A stretch of 64,000 nucleotides of DNA from Pirellulaceae bacterium (GTDB lineage Bacteria > Planctomycetota > Planctomycetia > Pirellulales > Pirellulaceae). The position numbers and the translations under genes are program-made. This document shows, piece by piece, positions 62,057-64,000 of the stretch. The notes under the pieces were generated by a model, which saw only the letters and a program-made list of their open reading frames with translations, did no database searches and was not told the origin of the DNA. Position 1 is the first letter of the stretch; each line of letters opens with the position of its first letter. The stretch is taken from positions 150,110 through 214,109 of the forward strand of contig CALODY010000003.1 of assembly GCA_942492215.1 (NCBI GenBank). Direction: 5' to 3'.

Positions 62057-63048
62057 TTAAGCGGCCGATTGATCGTCGTTTGACGAATCGTCGCGTCGTT
62101 TACGGTTTCGTTTCCCGTTCGGTTTGGCCGGGTGCGTTTTGCGGTGGACTTCCTGCAACCGCTGGATGCTGACGTGGGTGTAGATCTGTGTGGTGTTGAG
62201 TCTCGCGTGACCGAGGAACTGTTGCAGGGAACGGAGGTCAGCGCCGTTTTCCATCATCAACGTGGCTGCCGTGTGTCGAAGTAAATGACATGCACCGCGG
62301 CTTGAGTGATCCCGATGCTGACCAGGTATTCGCGAACCAGCTTGGACAACGCGTTGGGATGCATCCGTTTCCCATTCTTGGACACGAACAACGTTTGATC
62401 GCTCGATTCGGTTAGCAAGTCAGGACGAATGTCGTTGGTCCATTTTTCGATCCACGATAATGCCCGCTCGCCAATCGGGACGACGCGGTCCTTTTTGTTC
62501 TTCCCACAGCGAACAGTGAGAATTCCACGTTCGAAACTGATGTCGTAAACATCCAGCGCGATCAGTTCGCCGCAGCGGATCCCGCTTGAATAAAACGTCT
62601 CCAGGATCGCCCGATCGCGAAGACCAAGTGAAGTTGAAACATCGGGAACGTTGAGTAGTGTTTCCACCTGATCTGCGGTGAGAATCGAAGTTGGCAAGCG
62701 GTCTTCGCTTTTGGGAAGCTCAATATCTTTGGTCGGATCGACTTCGATGAACGACTGGACTTTCATCCAGCCGAACCAGCGGCGAATCGGGGTCAGGTAG
62801 TGCGCCTGAGTATCGAAGGTCAGTGGCTTGCCGGTTTTCGGGTTGCGGTAGTGAAACAGGCTCCGCCTGTAGGCGGCAACATGATCAGGCGTGATTTCTG
62901 ACATGCAAGTAATGCTTCGTTCGTTGCACCAACTGACGAACCGATTGAGGATGTACGTCCAGGCTTGAATCGTCCGTTCGCTACAGTTGCGCATCCGCAT
63001 CGTTTGCAAGAACTGGTGGTTCAGGATTTTCGGTTCAGGTAAATTCAT
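62057..63048 (-). pseudogene. XerC/D-like tyrosine recombinase (unit 2), frameshift near 62300
   Basis: RDRAILETFYSSGIR, KNKKDRVVP; last part [26 protein letters not shown] in another frame. Confidence 0.88.
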
Positions 63049-63367
63049 TTTCAGATTCCTTGGGTTGTGTCAGCGCGCACCGGTAGCGCGAACTAAACAG
63101 GGGTTAAAAGAACGACCCGAGAATCGGGCCGGTCGCGAGTCGCGACAGACGAAGCGGTGCTGACGCACCGCCGTGACTGCGTTGGTTTTTTGAAAGGGTG
63201 CTTGTTCTTAACTGGCCGAAGTGTACGGTTTGACCAAGTTTGAATCACAAGCCGTTTGAATTGCTCGATTTACAGAGTTCTGGCCAATCTTACGGTTGGG
63301 GCACGAAGACCGTACGACTGGCGTACGGTTCGCTCGCTTTGCCGTACGGTTTGTCGTTAAAGTTGAA

Positions 63368-64000
63368 CTACTTTCGCTGTTTCAACTTTGCTGGATCAAT
63401 CAGGCCGAGCAGGAACGATTCACCGTCGCGGCCCTGGCCGTCGTAGAGCAGTTCGTATTCTTTGGCGTTGCCGTGACCGGTGCGATGAGCAAGAACGTAT
63501 TCCAGCTCGATTAATCGTTTGAGATGTTTTCGGACTTGGCAGTCACGCCAACTGAAGGATTCACGCAGCTGACGCTGCCTGAACCGCACCAGGTTGCGAG
63601 AAAGTTTCTGTTGTTTGGCTTGTTGGTTGACCCAGTTGTCGATTAACACCAGCAGTTGTCGTGTTTGCGGCAGCAGATCATCAAGTGATTGACCCATCGT
63701 TTCACTGACCAGTTTGTTGGCCAGTTCAACATCTTCGATCGTTGCTTCAATGGCCAGTTGTTTGTTCACTTGCTTGCGCTGCGGGCTTGTATTGATCTCG
63801 ATGATGCTGCGTTGGTGTTGATGAAGCAACGTGATCGAAGCGATCAGTGAAAGGTATTTGGCGTTGTCACGCCGCATTCGCGTTTGATCGTGACGAAACG
63901 TGAGCTGGTCTGCCCAGGGCATGATGACGGGAAGCGATCCGAGTAAACGCTGCGCGTTTTGATGCAGTGTGCGGATTTCATCCGGGCTGCGCTTTCGTTT
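63368..64000 (-). CDS. Primase-associated ATPase/helicase (unit 2), C-terminal part; begins beyond the window
   Basis: Paralog of 58000-58580 (QTRMRRDNAKYL...KEYELLYDGQGR). Confidence 0.8.
   Translation of the reverse strand, partial: KRKRSPDEIRTLHQNAQRLLGSLPVIMPWADQLTFRHDQTRMRRDNAKYLSLIASITLLHQHQRSIIEINTSPQRKQVNKQLAIEATIEDVELANKLVSETMGQSLDDLLPQTRQLLVLIDNWVNQQAKQQKLSRNLVRFRQRQLRESFSWRDCQVRKHLKRLIELEYVLAHRTGHGNAKEYELLYDGQGRDGESFLLGLIDPAKLKQRK

Overview
Bacterial genomic window, probably from a planctomycete (Pirellulaceae-like). This is inferred from PQQ-propeller, PEP-CTERM, Uma2 and GxxExxY content, not from a marker gene. 1-19.9 kb: accessory genes (PQQ-like propellers, a hairpin-flanked GxxExxY nuclease cassette with a 167-bp tandem array, S41 peptidase, an AP-superfamily/TPR/sulfotransferase fusion beside a PEP-CTERM protein, hybrid kinase plus REC-PP2C, decayed primase/IS91 fragments). 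20-26.8 kb: complete Wadjet jetABCD. 27.6-30.8 kb: single-gene cassettes (two Uma2, small ORF plus nucleotidyltransferase, ParE remnant) separated by degenerate tRNA-Arg 3'-end copies. 31-40.5 kb: radical SAM/UdgX pair and the ligase-associated exonuclease-ligase-Lhr-PdeM operon. From 42.4 kb: an island bounded by a tRNA-Arg(UCU) 3' fragment, with xis/int, orphan cargo, a large serine recombinase, a class IIC group II intron and tandem XerC-ATPase-RHS toxin units. The most striking structure is two unrelated 2-3 kb serine-recombinase elements inserted precisely into conserved RT motifs of the intron. Reconstructing their circles predicts recombination-gated gene products: one gains an RBS and ATG for its small gene, the other swaps the recombinase C-terminus. 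All family calls are from motif recognition by eye; no database search was run. Several frameshifts may be sequencing errors.
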